A stretch of 64,000 nt of DNA, taken from contig CM052816.1 in the NCBI GenBank assembly GCA_028534125.1, forward strand, positions 85,996,001 to 86,060,000, in the 5' to 3' direction. Shown piece after piece: positions 61,876 to 64,000 of the stretch. The stretch is from Lama glama (Eukaryota). Each line of letters opens with the position of its first letter. Position 1 is the first letter of the stretch. The notes beneath the pieces are model-generated. The model was not told the origin of the DNA. It saw nothing but the letters and a program-made list of their open reading frames with translations, and searched no databases. The position numbers were made by a program, and so were the translations under genes.

Positions 61876-64000
61876 GCCAGTATGGGAATGAGATGAGTCA
61901 GGCATATAGGTTGCAAAATACAAGAGGGCACTTGTTCTTAGGGCAATGGAAGTGGACACACATATTTCTGTGTGTAAGTATGTATGTGCTGTAGTAGTGT
62001 AGTCTAGCTCTTAGTTGTTTTCAGCAGGATAATTATTCTGACCCACCTAGCCTGCCATTGTCAAATTAGAAAAGGTTTACTACACCAAGATTTTTCTGTC
62101 ATCATCATTGTCATCAGCAGCATCATTACAATCTTTATTATTACTGATATTATTATATGATAGTAATAATTTCATCAGTGTTGCTGGAGTTATTTTGATT
62201 ATTTTTATTCAATTAACTGATATAGCACTCGAGATTTTCAAAAGCTAGATTCAGCAGTGGTTTGCTTTGTATGAATTGGCAAAATAGAATTGGCAAAAGT
62301 GAAGTTCAGCAGAGTGATTTATTTTGGTTGAATGGATTATGAGAGCAAACACATTATTTACAGGTAGCCAGTTGGTGCTGGGAGAGTCAGAAACTATCAC
62401 AAGTCTAAGACAGAAATAAGATCTGTCTGGTTCCAGCAAAGAATTAAGGAAATTGAGGGAGGGAATCGTAAAAATAAAATAAATGTCATTATTATACAGG
62501 TGATTTGAGTCCTTGTCAGATCTTAAAGATGAAAACAAAGGCAGTGCCATTATTGCTCCTTAAGCTCTGGTTTCACCACTTGGTGGAAAGGAGGCAGGGC
62601 TCTAACCTGAGTTTTTAGACATAGGCACAAGCTTAAGTATGTCCCTTGGGTCATTGTTTTTCTGTTTTATTTTGATATTTTTTGTTTGCTGCTCCAGCTT
62701 ATTCATGGTGAATCATTTCCTTCTCATTTCAATCACTCAGACAACAGACACCATTGCTACCATTGCTCTCATAATCTGATTTACCTTGTGTGTGATTTTT
62801 ATGCTGATCTAGACTTTCCTTTTCTAGCAGTATTAAGGATCTTCTGCAACATTTGACCTGACTCTTAGTCCTAAATCCCCAAACTGGATTATTGATTGTC
62901 ATCAATGCCCCTTTCCCTGTTTGTAGTCCCCCAAGAATAGAATCTTCAGTCTCCTATCAGATCATGTTTCACAATCTCCTTACACTCCTTCTATCTGAGG
63001 CTGGATGCTACAGTCACTGTTTAGTTTAACTTCACAAGCTTAAGGCATTGCAAATAGTGCTGAGGGCATCTTGGAAAGAAATTACCTGAAAGGCTTGAAC
63101 AGAGAAGTCATAACTGAGAAGGATGGAAGAGAAGAAGAAAAAAAAAATTGAACAGATTACGTCATAGTTCTACTTTTACAGATATCTTGAATCCTATCAC
63201 ATTCCTAGTTTCTAACACTGGAAACATCCAGACAAAGTTGAAACAGCATTGGTCACTCTTTCTCTTCACTCACTCTCTCCTCCAGGGCTGCCTGTTTTGC
63301 CTTTTCTGGCTTCCAGCATTATTCTCACTCATGCTCTTTTCAGCTATTACCTTCTGCTGGAAACGTTCTTTTGGTTGGCATTTCAGAATTTCAAAACTGT
63401 TAAGTGATCTGAAGTTTACTCTAAGGATACATTTATTTCTCCAGATCTTTTGTGAAATGCGATCACTACAGCCGTGTAACTGGATTTGCTTTATCACTCA
63501 ATCAATACTTCTTTCACGGAAGTGCAAGAGGAATCTCAGGGAAAGCAGTGGCTATGAGGGAAAATGAGTTTGAACAGAAATAGGGGCACAAGGGCATATA
63601 GGAGAATTATTTTTAAAGTAGTATGGAGAAATAAAGATTTACAGGATGGGAATTTTACATCTACAAAATTTTCTTTGAGTCCTTTTCTCTCTTTTGTCCT
63701 CTGGGTATCTTCCTTTAGATCTCTTGCGTCTAATTCCCAGCTCTTTCCCACGTATTTATTCTTTTACTATATTTTACTGTTTAATTGAAGATACCATTGA
63801 GTCCAATCTCCCTGCCTGTCCTAGTTCCCCTTTCCTTTCTAAGTTAATTCTTAAAAATTAACAGAAGCCAGGAATCAATTAGTTTTTTAGTACAAATACA
63901 TTTCTGTAAGAGTTGCAGATATGTGCATGATTTCGTGTACAATTTGTACAACAATCTTGATTGCTGTGAAATTATTATTATTTGTTATTATTGTTAATAC

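Noticed and set aside
63148..63567. 139-aa hydrophobic ORF
   Set aside because: Non-ATG start, composition explained by T-rich DNA, and no recognisable family.
1..64000. Host-gene orientation inferred from L1/LTR strand bias
   Set aside because: The elements occur on both strands without a convincing bias.
1..64000. NUMT, non-retroviral endogenous viral element, or a novel multi-gene system
   Set aside because: I recognised no mitochondrial, viral or prokaryotic coding signature. A TBLASTX of the repeat-masked sequence would be needed to exclude highly decayed ones.

Overview
This is AT-rich, CpG-poor mammalian non-coding DNA, very probably from a camelid (camel/llama/alpaca lineage). The lineage call rests on a tRNA-Ala(AGC)-derived SINE at 29266-29471 and a short L1 3' end at 51840-51955, both resembling camelid families. 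I cannot support any protein-coding gene, RNA gene, CRISPR array or prokaryotic system. The ORFs in the track are chance frames, decayed L1/ERVL frames or N-gap artefacts. Much of the window is interspersed repeat: old L1M and L2 LINEs, three decayed ERVL proviral remnants (one gag-leader only, two with pol motifs), MaLR (MLT1) and other LTRs, and hAT and Tigger DNA-transposon relics. There are two assembly gaps (100 N and 500 N). The best leads are: (1) a young, CpG-retaining retroviral LTR that runs into the 100-N gap; (2) a tail-only retroposition event that became an (ATA)n microsatellite; (3) a locally templated insertion inside an L1 ORF1 fossil; (4) an internally inverted, twin-primed-like L1. 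Repeat subfamily names come from my recall of consensus sequences and need RepeatMasker/Dfam confirmation. Boundaries of old repeats are approximate.
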